Below are positions 1 to 9,587 of a stretch of DNA of 64,000 bases, piece after piece (the first letter of the stretch is position 1; the number at the start of each line of letters is the position of its first letter). Source of the stretch: an uncultured delta proteobacterium (lineage in GTDB: Bacteria; Myxococcota_A; Polyangia; Palsa-1104); NCBI GenBank assembly GCA_963785725.1, contig CAWAWS010000009.1, positions 1 to 64,000 of the forward strand. The letters are read 5' to 3'. The translations under genes were made by a program, and so were the position numbers. The notes beneath the pieces were generated by a model that worked only from the letters and a program-made list of their open reading frames with translations, was not told the DNA's origin and ran no database searches.

Positions 1-510
1 ACCGTCAGGATCTTGCGGCCGGGCTCATTGAGCGTCGACAGCATCGTCGCCAGCGTCGTGGTCTTGCCGCTGCCGGTCGGCCCGGTGATGATCATCATGC
101 CGTGCGGCAGATCGAGCAGCCGCCGGATTTCGCTTCGTCGGCGCGCAGAAGCCGAGCTTGGCGATCTCGAGCAGGCCGCGGTCGCGCGGCAGCAATCGGA
201 TGACCGCCGATTCGCCGTGCTGGGTCGGCATGGTGGCCACGCGAATGTCGATTTCGAGCCGGGCGACGTTGAGGCGGGCCGCGCCGTCCTGCGGCAGTCG
301 CCGCTCGGCGATGTTGAGGCCGGCGAAAATCTTGATGCGCGAGATCAGCGCCTGCGGCAGCGCCTCGGCGGCGGCGGCGACGACGCGCAGCAGGCCGTCG
401 ACGCGCATGCGAACGGCGAGGCCCTTGCGCAACGGCTCGATATGAATGTCGCTGGCGCGCAGTTCAACCGCCTTCTCCAGGAGATCGTTGACCGCGCGGA
501 CCACCGGCGC
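1..510 (-). pseudogene. Fragment of GspE/PilB-family secretion ATPase (5' truncated, internal frameshift near 120-150)
   Basis: Minus-strand translation gives GAPVVRAVNDLLEKAVELRASDIHIEP...RMRVDGLL...SRIKIFAGLNIAERRLPQDG...RVATMPTQHGESAVIRLL. After a frame change it continues HGMMIITGPTGSGKTTTL (Walker A). There is no N-terminal part upstream of 510. Confidence 0.8.
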
Positions 511-1170
511 GCCGACGGCAAGAAGGTCGTCGCCGCCGACAGCAACGACGCGGTCGTGTGGGACTGGGCGACCGGCGCCGTGCAGCGGCTCGTCGGTCAC
601 TCGCTGCGCGTGCGGCGCGCGTTCTTCTCGCCCGACGGCGCGCTCGTCGCCACCGTCTCCGACGACGGCAACGTCGGCTTGTGGCGGCTCGCCGACGGCA
701 GCCACCGCTTCTTGCGCGGCCACAGCAACATGGTCGTGTGGGCCAGCTTCTCGCCCGACAGTAAGCGCGTAGCCACCAGCGGCATCGACGGCAGCGTGCG
801 CGTGTGGAGCACCAGCGACGGCCAGGCCGAGCTGACGCTGCACGGCCGCCGCGCCGCCGTCCAGCGCGTGCTCTTCTCGCCCGACGGCAAGCTGCTCGTC
901 TCCGCCGGCGACGACGCGACCGTGCACTTGTGGGACGCCAAGACGGGCGACGGCTACGTCGTGCGCGGCTTCGAGCGGCCGGTGCGCGACCTGGCGTGGT
1001 CGGCCGACGGCAAGCGGCTGGCCGCCGTCGCGTCCGACGGGCGCCTGCAGCTCATTCAGCTCGACGAGGTGCCGCCGTTCGGCGGCCACGATCCGCGCAC
1101 GCTGCACCCGCTGCTCGAGCACGCGACGACCGCCGTCATCGGCCCCGAAGATCGCCTCGTCGGCCCGTAA
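511..1170 (+). CDS. C-terminal part of a WD40-repeat protein (5' end missing)
   Basis: Repeated GH...FSPDG...W[D/R/S] units (LVGHSLRVRRAFFSPDG, LRGHSNMVVWASFSPDS, VLFSPDGKLLVSAGDDATVHLWD). Stop at 1170. The upstream part of ORF 13..1170 is only the antisense of the GspE fragment. Confidence 0.75.
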   Translation, partial: ADGKKVVAADSNDAVVWDWATGAVQRLVGHSLRVRRAFFSPDGALVATVSDDGNVGLWRLADGSHRFLRGHSNMVVWASFSPDSKRVATSGIDGSVRVWSTSDGQAELTLHGRRAAVQRVLFSPDGKLLVSAGDDATVHLWDAKTGDGYVVRGFERPVRDLAWSADGKRLAAVASDGRLQLIQLDEVPPFGGHDPRTLHPLLEHATTAVIGPEDRLVGP

Positions 1171-1232
1171 TCCTGACGCTTCGACCACCCCGAAGGCAGC
1201 CGGCTGGCGCCGACCTGGCCGCGGGCCTTGCG

Positions 1233-2234
1233 TTACGCGGCGGGGACTTGGCCGCGCTCGCGGAACCACGCGTAGGCTTCCGAGAACGCGTCCATCACCG
1301 ACGTCGGCACAAAGCCGAGCTCGGTGCGCGCCTTGGTGATGTCGGCGTGCTTGCCGCCGTTCAAGATCTTGATCGTGCCCGGCGTAAAGCGCGGCGGCTT
1401 GTCAGGTGCGAACGCGCGCATGAACACGCCCGAGACGTGCGCCAACGGCAACATGACGGCCACGGGAATGCGCAGGCGCGGCTTCTTGACGCCGCACAAC
1501 GCCGACAGATGATCGAGGATTTGATCGAGCGTGAATTGCCCGCCCGACAAGATGTAACGCTGCCCGGGGCGCCCGCGCTCCATCGCCAACAGGTGCCCGG
1601 CGACGACATCGCGCACGGCCACGAACTCGAACTGGCCGGGCACGTAAGCGGGCATGCGGCGATTGGCGAAGTCCAAGATCGTCTGCCCCACCGACGACGG
1701 CTTGTAATCGTGCGCGCCGACGATGCCGCAGGGGTTGACGATGGTGACGTCCTGGCCGCGATGCACGGCGCGATGCACCTCGAGCTCGGCCATCGCCTTC
1801 GACAGCTCGTAATCGAGGTGCGTCTCGAACGGATTGACCGTGAACGTCTCGTCGCTGGGGCCGCCCGACGGATTGTGGCCGACGGCGCCGAACGAGCTGC
1901 AGAACACGGTCTTCGTCACGCCCGCTCTGTCGGCGGCGGCCAAGACGTGGCGCGTGCCGGTGACGTTGGCGTCGAACACCTCCTGCTGCGCGCCGCGCCG
2001 GAGCGAGACGAACGCGGCCACGTGATAGACGCGGTCGCAGCCGGCGACGGCGCGATCGATCGACGCCGCGTCGCGCAAGTCGCCTTCGACGCGCTCGACC
2101 TCGAGGCCGTCGAGCGCGTGGTTGTTCGAGCGCGGGCGCACGAGCGCCTTGACCGCCTCGCCGCGCGCCAACAATGCGCGCACGAGGTTGGCGCCGACGT
2201 GGCCCGATCCACCGGTCACAAAAGTCTTGGGCAT
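1233..2234 (-). CDS. Extended SDR / NAD-dependent epimerase-dehydratase (3beta-HSD/HpnA-like; SdmB-like paralog 2)
   Basis: MPKTFVTGGSGHVGANL Rossmann motif and YELSK catalytic YxxxK. Strongly similar along its length to 12736..13824. ATG at 2234. Confidence 0.85.
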   Translation of the reverse strand: MPKTFVTGGSGHVGANLVRALLARGEAVKALVRPRSNNHALDGLEVERVEGDLRDAASIDRAVAGCDRVYHVAAFVSLRRGAQQEVFDANVTGTRHVLAAADRAGVTKTVFCSSFGAVGHNPSGGPSDETFTVNPFETHLDYELSKAMAELEVHRAVHRGQDVTIVNPCGIVGAHDYKPSSVGQTILDFANRRMPAYVPGQFEFVAVRDVVAGHLLAMERGRPGQRYILSGGQFTLDQILDHLSALCGVKKPRLRIPVAVMLPLAHVSGVFMRAFAPDKPPRFTPGTIKILNGGKHADITKARTELGFVPTSVMDAFSEAYAWFRERGQVPAA

Positions 2235-2251
2235 ATCAGATTTGGCGAGGC

Positions 2252-3460
2252 TCAGTTGGCGTGCGCGAGCGAATCGTCGGACGACGGAACCGGCACGGTC
2301 GGCGCCGGCCGCTTGGCCGAGCCCTCCGATTCCTTCAGGTGCGAGCCGGCCAGCGCCGAGCCGATGGCCCAGGTCGCCACGCGGCGAATGAACGGCGAGT
2401 TGTAGGCCATGGCCACGCCGTCGAGCAGCGGCGTCTTGAGCACGCCGCGCACGGCGTGACCGACGAGGAAGCCGGCCGTGAAGCGGCGCCGGCACTGCCA
2501 CTGATAACGCGACCACGCGCGCGCTTCGTCGGCGCCCGTGAGCACGTCGGCCAGCGCGTCGGCGGCGTAGAGCCCGGACTGCATCGCCTGGAAGATGCCT
2601 TCGCCGGTGGCGTTGTGCGTGATGCGCGCCGACTCGCCGAGATGCAGCATGCCGGGCGCCGTCAGATCGCGGATCCACGTCGTGTACGAGATCGGATGGC
2701 CCTTGAGCTTGCCGATCTGCCGCGCGTCGCGCAGCCGCTCCGCGAAGTGGTCGTCGAGGAAGCGGGCGAAGACGTCGCGCACGTTGCGCTCGGTCTTGCG
2801 GCCGTCGGGTCCTTCGCCGTCCATGCAGATGCCGATGTTGCAGCGGGTCTCGGTCTCGGGAAACATCCAGCCGTAGAGCGGCGACAAGTTCTTGTCGAAG
2901 ATCATCTCGAGCGTGCCGGGCAGAAACGGCATGCCTTCCCACCAGCCCATGAGCGTCGAGATCGTCCGTTTGGGCCGCCGGTCGGTCGAGAACATGGCGT
3001 GCGCGCCGTCGGCGGCCAGGACGTAATCGGCGCGGATGTCGCCCTCTTTGCTGCGCACGCCGACGACGCGGCCGTTCTCGCGAATCAGCTCTTGGACCTT
3101 GCAGCCGCCGCGGAACTCGACGCCCAGCGACTGCGCGCGCTCGACGAGCAAGTTGTCGAAGTGCTTGCGCAAGAGGATGACCGACGTGCCCGCTTCGGTC
3201 GTCATGTAGAGCTGGCGCTGGCCCGGCGTGATGACGCGCAAGGAGCCGATGGCGTAGCCGCGGCGCCGCACTTCGTCGCCGATGCCGAGCTCGTCGGTGA
3301 TCTTGAGGCCGTTGGGCGACAGTGCGCTGCCGCACGTCTTCTCGCGCGGGAAGCGATCTTTGTCGACGAGAACGACGTTGCGAATCCCGCGTTGCGCCAG
3401 CCGAACCGCCGCCGCCGCGCCACCCGGGCCCGCGCCGATGATCACCGCACTGTTTCGCAT
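2252..3460 (-). CDS. FAD-dependent oxidoreductase, geranylgeranyl reductase family
   Basis: IIGAGPGG, FPREKTCGSAL, LAADGAH, YGWMFP and GESARITHNATGEGIFQAMQSG motifs. Co-oriented with the SDR, 17 bp apart. Confidence 0.85.
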   Translation of the reverse strand: MRNSAVIIGAGPGGAAAAVRLAQRGIRNVVLVDKDRFPREKTCGSALSPNGLKITDELGIGDEVRRRGYAIGSLRVITPGQRQLYMTTEAGTSVILLRKHFDNLLVERAQSLGVEFRGGCKVQELIRENGRVVGVRSKEGDIRADYVLAADGAHAMFSTDRRPKRTISTLMGWWEGMPFLPGTLEMIFDKNLSPLYGWMFPETETRCNIGICMDGEGPDGRKTERNVRDVFARFLDDHFAERLRDARQIGKLKGHPISYTTWIRDLTAPGMLHLGESARITHNATGEGIFQAMQSGLYAADALADVLTGADEARAWSRYQWQCRRRFTAGFLVGHAVRGVLKTPLLDGVAMAYNSPFIRRVATWAIGSALAGSHLKESEGSAKRPAPTVPVPSSDDSLAHAN

Positions 3461-3573
3461 GGGCTTGTGCGTAACGCGAGACGCACGACCGGTCAAGCCG
3501 CGGCGTGCCGGATATTTCGCGGAGAATTAACCGAGTGGTGAGCTGACTGTATTCGTGGTGAGCTGACTGCCGA

Positions 3574-4990
<1,417 letters not shown>

Positions 4991-5138
4991 AGCGCCGCAA
5001 CATAATCGATGCGGACGCTGTGTCAACGTGCTGGCGCCTACTTAGCGCGATAATTCGCTCGCCGAGCGAGCAGGCGCTCCGTCGCTGTCACAGTCGCCGG
5101 ACGTGCGCTCAGCCACGGGGCCTGATAGAATTAACGCG

Positions 5139-6041
5139 ATGCCGCAAATGCTGTATGCGTCGCGCGAAGAGCGGTTCCCTTACGCCGAGCGCTCCTTTCT
5201 GTACGGCGACACGCCCATCATGTACTTCGACGAGGGCTCCGGCCCCGCCATTGTATTGACCCACGGGCTGGGCGCAAATCTGACGCATTTCGGGCATATG
5301 GCGGCGCCGCTCATCGCCGCCGGCTACCGCGTGTGCGGGCTCGACATGCCCGGCTTCGGCCTGTCCGGCAAGCCGCACCGCGTCTACACCATTCGCTGGC
5401 TCGCCGGCGCCATCGCCGCGCTGCTCGATCACTTGGGCATCGACAAGGCGACGCTGGCCGGCCACTCGCTCGGCGGTCTCGTGTCGGCCGACTTGGCGCT
5501 GGCCGAGCCCGATCGCGTCGAGCGGCTCATCCTCATCAGCTCCGCCGGTTTGTTCACGATGCCCCTTCCTTTTCAGTGGGTCGCGCGCACAATCATGAGG
5601 CCGGGGCTGGTCGCGGCGGCGCTGGAGCGCAACGCAGAGCGGCTGCTCACGAGCCGAGTGTTCGAGGAGCGGAACGAAAAGGTCGATCGGTTCATCGAAA
5701 TCTGTACCACTCGACCCGATACGCGCTTCGTCAAGGACTTGGCCCGCGTGATGTGGTCGATGCGCAAGGATCTGACGAGCTATCACCTGTTCGATCAGGT
5801 GGCGCGGCTGACGATGCCGACGCTGGTCATCTACGGCGCGAACGATAAATTGCTCCCGACCAAGGCGGTTCCGGCGTGGGCTGGGATGCTGCCCAACGGC
5901 GAGCTGGAGGTCATCGAGCGGTGCGGGCACATGCCGATCATCGAGAAGCCGGAGCAGGTCGTCTGGCGCATGAAAGAGTTCCTGCGGCGTACCGCGGCCA
6001 CGCGACAACGGGCGGCGGCGAAGGCGGCAGCGGCGAGATAA
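5139..6041 (+). CDS. Alpha/beta fold hydrolase
   Basis: HGLG oxyanion motif, DMPGFGLS, GHSLGG nucleophile elbow, GANDKLLP Asp and CGHMP His. Confidence 0.9.
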   Translation: MPQMLYASREERFPYAERSFLYGDTPIMYFDEGSGPAIVLTHGLGANLTHFGHMAAPLIAAGYRVCGLDMPGFGLSGKPHRVYTIRWLAGAIAALLDHLGIDKATLAGHSLGGLVSADLALAEPDRVERLILISSAGLFTMPLPFQWVARTIMRPGLVAAALERNAERLLTSRVFEERNEKVDRFIEICTTRPDTRFVKDLARVMWSMRKDLTSYHLFDQVARLTMPTLVIYGANDKLLPTKAVPAWAGMLPNGELEVIERCGHMPIIEKPEQVVWRMKEFLRRTAATRQRAAAKAAAAR

Positions 6042-6067
6042 TCGGCGTCCCGCAATGGGACGGCTCG

Positions 6068-6850
6068 ATGGTGCAGAAGGTCAACGCCTGGGTCCGACCG
6101 CTTCGTTCGATCTACTTCCGCTCCGAAATCGACGGCCTGCGCAACTTGCCCGACGAGCCGTCGATGGTCGTCGGCAACCATGACGGCGGCTACGTCTTTC
6201 CCGACGCCATCTGCATGGGCTCGTTCTATTACGACGCCTTCGGCATCGGCGGGCGACGGCTGTATGCGCTCATGCACGACTTCCCCTTTCGCATCGCGCC
6301 GACCTTGACCGAGTGGCTGCAGCGCTGCGGCGTCTTGCCGGCGTCACGCTTGAACGGCGATCGCGTGCTCGCGGCCGGGCATCATCTGCTCGTCTATCCG
6401 GGCGGCTCCTTCGAGGCGTTCCGCACCTACGCCGATCGGCGCACGATCAGCCTCGGCAACCGCATCGGCTTCGTGCGCCAGGCGCTGAAGCATCGCGTGC
6501 CGATCACGCCGCTGGTGTCGGTGGGCGCGCACGAGACGCTGTTCGTCATCGCGCGCGGCAATAATCTGGCGCGCTGGTTCGGGCTGCACAAGTTCGCGCG
6601 CGTCGACGTGGCGCCGCTGTGGGTCGGGCTGCCGTTCGGGATCGGCTGGGGTCCGCTGCCGAACATCCCGCTGCCGTCGAAGATCAAGCTGGAGATGCTG
6701 CCGCCGATTCGGCTGTGGAAGGAGCTCGGCGAAGCGGCCGACAGCGACGACCATGCGGTCTTGCGCGCCGGGCTCGACATCGTGCGCTCGCGGATGCAGC
6801 GCGTGAGCGACCGGCTCTACAGCGAGCGGAGATTCCCGATCATCGGCTGA
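6068..6850 (+). CDS. PlsC/DGAT-like (lysophospholipid) acyltransferase
   Basis: VVGNHDGGYVFPD, LVYPGGSFEAFR and GFVRQALKHRVPITP motifs. Start is approximate; follows the hydrolase directly. Confidence 0.8.
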   Translation: MVQKVNAWVRPLRSIYFRSEIDGLRNLPDEPSMVVGNHDGGYVFPDAICMGSFYYDAFGIGGRRLYALMHDFPFRIAPTLTEWLQRCGVLPASRLNGDRVLAAGHHLLVYPGGSFEAFRTYADRRTISLGNRIGFVRQALKHRVPITPLVSVGAHETLFVIARGNNLARWFGLHKFARVDVAPLWVGLPFGIGWGPLPNIPLPSKIKLEMLPPIRLWKELGEAADSDDHAVLRAGLDIVRSRMQRVSDRLYSERRFPIIG

Positions 6851-6861
6851 GGCGCGGGCGA

Positions 6862-7344
6862 TTACGGCGCGAGCAGGCCGCGTAGGCGCGGGACCATTTC
6901 GTCGACGGCGCCATCGCCCTTGACCGAGCCTTCGATCAGCCGACCCGAGAAGTTTCCGTCGGGCTTGGGCAGCGCGAACATGGGAATGAAGCGGGAGACA
7001 TAGCCGGCGACGGCCAGCCGCTCGTTGTCGCGGTCGGCGTCGAACTCGAGCAGCCGCAGCGTCGACAGCTCGGCGTCCAAGCGCCCGGCCGCCGCCGCCT
7101 CGTGAAAGCGCCGGCAGGGCTCGCACCAGGTCGCGCCTTCGTACACGAGGACGCGCTTGCCCTCGCGCTTGGCCTTGTCCATTTCGCGCAGCACGAGCGC
7201 GGCCACGTCGCCTTCGGGCGCCGCCACGAACTCGACGTGCGCCCGCTTGGCCGCCGCTTTCGTCGCCGCCGGTGACGTCGGATTACAGCTCGCCGCCGCG
7301 GCGCCCAGCGTCAACGCCAGCGTCACCGCTTGCTTCCATCGCAT
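6862..7344 (-). CDS. Thioredoxin-like lipoprotein
   Basis: Signal peptide ending AAASC, and a ATWCEPC CxxC motif. Confidence 0.75.
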   Translation of the reverse strand: MRWKQAVTLALTLGAAAASCNPTSPAATKAAAKRAHVEFVAAPEGDVAALVLREMDKAKREGKRVLVYEGATWCEPCRRFHEAAAAGRLDAELSTLRLLEFDADRDNERLAVAGYVSRFIPMFALPKPDGNFSGRLIEGSVKGDGAVDEMVPRLRGLLAP

Positions 7345-7398
7345 CGCTCGACTCTAGCATGCGATCCGCGACCTCGGCGCTTGCGCTATCATGGGCTC

Positions 7399-8163
7399 GT
7401 GCAGCTCCTATCGGCCAACCCGTCGAAGCGCTGGACCGAGCAGCTCGTGCTCGCCTATAGCCCGATTTGGATCGCGGCCATCGGCGCCTGCCAAGTGACG
7501 CATATCTTCGCGCGCTGGGGCGATCTCGGGCATCTGGCGTTCGGCATCTCACTGGCGCTGCCGCTGTGGCTGGTGCCGCTGGTCTGGCCGCCGCCGGCGG
7601 ATCTGAAGCTGCCGCTGCGCGACCGCCACGCCGTGCGCTTCGGCGTCTTCATCGCGACCTGGACGGCGCTGCAAGTCTACTTCGGGAGCGACCTCTTCTT
7701 CGACGTGCTCGGCATGCAGTACCACTTCAACGTCCACTGGCTCTTGCATCGCACGCCGGTCTTCCTCTATTTCGTCACGATCGCCTATTTCAGTACGTAT
7801 TACGTCGTCATGCAGATCGCCTGGCGCGCCTTTCGGACGCGCTGGCCAGAGGCGCCGGCGTGGCTGCGCCTCGGCGTGCTGTGCGCGATCGGCTACGCGG
7901 TCGCGTTCGCCGAGACGGCGGGCATGGCGACCGAGCAGATGCGCGACTATTTCTCCTACCGCGACAAGCGTTTCACGCTGCTGTTCGGGTCGTTGTCTTA
8001 CGGCAGCATCTTCGCGGTGACGTTGCCGCTCGTCTATCGGCTCGACGAGGAGGCGCAGCCCGACGGCCGGCACACGCTCGGCTCGCTGGTGTGGGATGCG
8101 TGTGCCGCGAACACGGTAGTGCTGGTTTTGTACGCACTATTCGCCGCCCTGGCCGTGCGTTGA
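7399..8163 (+). CDS. Cycloeucalenol cycloisomerase (cyclopropylsterol isomerase, CPI1)-like membrane protein
   Basis: Multi-TM protein collinear with plant CPI1 as I recall it: ANPSKRWTE (plant PNPSKRWGE), ADLKLPLRDR, YFGSDLFFDVLGMQYHF (plant YFWTHYFFKVLGASYTF), VAFAET, YFSYRDK, FAVTLPLVYRLDE (plant FIVSFPMFFRMDE), WDACAA. GTG start at 7399. Confidence 0.75.
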   Translation: MQLLSANPSKRWTEQLVLAYSPIWIAAIGACQVTHIFARWGDLGHLAFGISLALPLWLVPLVWPPPADLKLPLRDRHAVRFGVFIATWTALQVYFGSDLFFDVLGMQYHFNVHWLLHRTPVFLYFVTIAYFSTYYVVMQIAWRAFRTRWPEAPAWLRLGVLCAIGYAVAFAETAGMATEQMRDYFSYRDKRFTLLFGSLSYGSIFAVTLPLVYRLDEEAQPDGRHTLGSLVWDACAANTVVLVLYALFAALAVR

Positions 8164-8189
8164 CCTGAACGCGCGCTAAAACAGCAACC

Positions 8190-9584
8190 ATGCCGCGCGG
8201 ACTCGTAGGCCGTCTCATCGTCAGCTTCGTCCTCGCCGTCGTCTGCTTCTGCGGCTCCACCCTCTATTCCAGCTGGATTTCGCGCACGCTCGACGACGAG
8301 GCGCTCGCCATCGCCGCCAGCGCCGTGCCCGCCATCGAGCACTTGTCGATGGTGCGCGCCGAGCTGCGCCGGCTCGACACGACGGTCTTGCGCTACGAAG
8401 CGCACGCCGGCAACGCCGAGCGGGCCGAGGTGCTGGAGGCGCGCACGCAGCTCGACGACGCGTTCGAGCGCTATTTGTCGCTGCCGGTGCGGTTCGGCGA
8501 CGAGCAGGCGCTGTGGGCCGAGCTGCATCACCGGCTGGCCGAGGTCGACCGCCGCGTCGCGGCCAAGCTCGAAGACGTCGACAACGGCACCAACCGCTAC
8601 GACGACAAGATCAAAGTCGCGACCGACGCCGCGGCCGAGCCGATCCGCCGCATCATCGAGCTCAATGCGCAAAAGGCCCGCGATCTGGCGCTGCGCATGG
8701 AAGAGGGGCGGCGACGCAACGTGCGCGTGGCGCTGCTGCTCGACCTGTTGAGCACGCTGTTCACGCTGACGGCGGCCTGGCTGACGGTGCGCGCGCTGGC
8801 CAGCCATCATCGCGTCGTCGACGAGCGTAACCGCTTGGTGGCGCGCCGGGCCGAGGAGCTGGAGCAGTTCGCCGGCCGCGTCGCTCACGACGTGCTCGGC
8901 CCGCTGTCGTCGACGCGCCTGGCGGTCGGGCTGGCGACGTCGCGGGTGGAAGATCCGGCGGTGCAGCGCGCGCTCGAGCGCGGCCAGCGCGGCATCACGC
9001 GCGTGGCCACGATCGTCGACGGCCTGTTGCGCTTCGCGCGCGCCGGCGCGCACCCCGACCCGGGCGCGGTCACGGTGGTGGCCGGCGTCGTCGAAGGCGT
9101 CGTCGTCGACATGGAGACGGTGGCCGAGGCGGCCGGCGTCACGCTGCGCGCCGCGGCGGTGCCCGATTGCGCCGTCGCCGGCAACGCGGGCGTGCTCGTC
9201 AGCGTCGTCGAGAATTTGGTGCGCAACGCCATCAAGTACATGGGCGAGCGGCCGGTGCGCACGGTGGACCTGCGCGTCCTTCTGCGCGGCGCGATGGTGC
9301 GGCTCGAGGTGCAAGACAGCGGGCCCGGGATCGCGCCGGCGCTGCTCGACACCGTGTTCGATCCGCACGTGCGTGGCCGAACGCAAGGTCAGCCCGGCAT
9401 CGGGCTCGGCCTGGCGACGGTCAAGCGCATCGTCGAGTGCCACGGCGGCAAAGTGGGCGTGCAGTCGAAGCTGGAAGAGGGCAGCCTGTTCTGGTGCGAG
9501 CTGCCGCGCGCCGAGAGCGTCGAGAGCACGCCCGCCGAGGCGCCGGCCGCGCCTGCGCCGCTGCAGAATCGTCGCGAAGAGTAG
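8190..9584 (+). CDS. Membrane sensor histidine kinase (orphan)
   Basis: Two TM segments with a four-helix periplasmic domain. H-box FAGRVAHDVLGPL, N-box NLVRNAIKY, G-boxes DSGPGI and GLGLATVKRIVECHGG. Confidence 0.9.
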   Translation: MPRGLVGRLIVSFVLAVVCFCGSTLYSSWISRTLDDEALAIAASAVPAIEHLSMVRAELRRLDTTVLRYEAHAGNAERAEVLEARTQLDDAFERYLSLPVRFGDEQALWAELHHRLAEVDRRVAAKLEDVDNGTNRYDDKIKVATDAAAEPIRRIIELNAQKARDLALRMEEGRRRNVRVALLLDLLSTLFTLTAAWLTVRALASHHRVVDERNRLVARRAEELEQFAGRVAHDVLGPLSSTRLAVGLATSRVEDPAVQRALERGQRGITRVATIVDGLLRFARAGAHPDPGAVTVVAGVVEGVVVDMETVAEAAGVTLRAAAVPDCAVAGNAGVLVSVVENLVRNAIKYMGERPVRTVDLRVLLRGAMVRLEVQDSGPGIAPALLDTVFDPHVRGRTQGQPGIGLGLATVKRIVECHGGKVGVQSKLEEGSLFWCELPRAESVESTPAEAPAAPAPLQNRREE

Positions 9585-9587
9585 CGG

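Noticed and set aside
13..1269. Genuine overlapping antisense genes 13..1170(+) and 25..1269(-)
   Set aside because: Each ORF is protein-like over only half its length. The other half is the shadow frame of the opposite gene across a junction.
2252..3460. Firm call as squalene epoxidase
   Set aside because: The motifs (REKTCG, YGWMFP, GEGIFQA) fit the GGR family, and the squalene epoxidase HPLTGGGM motif is absent.
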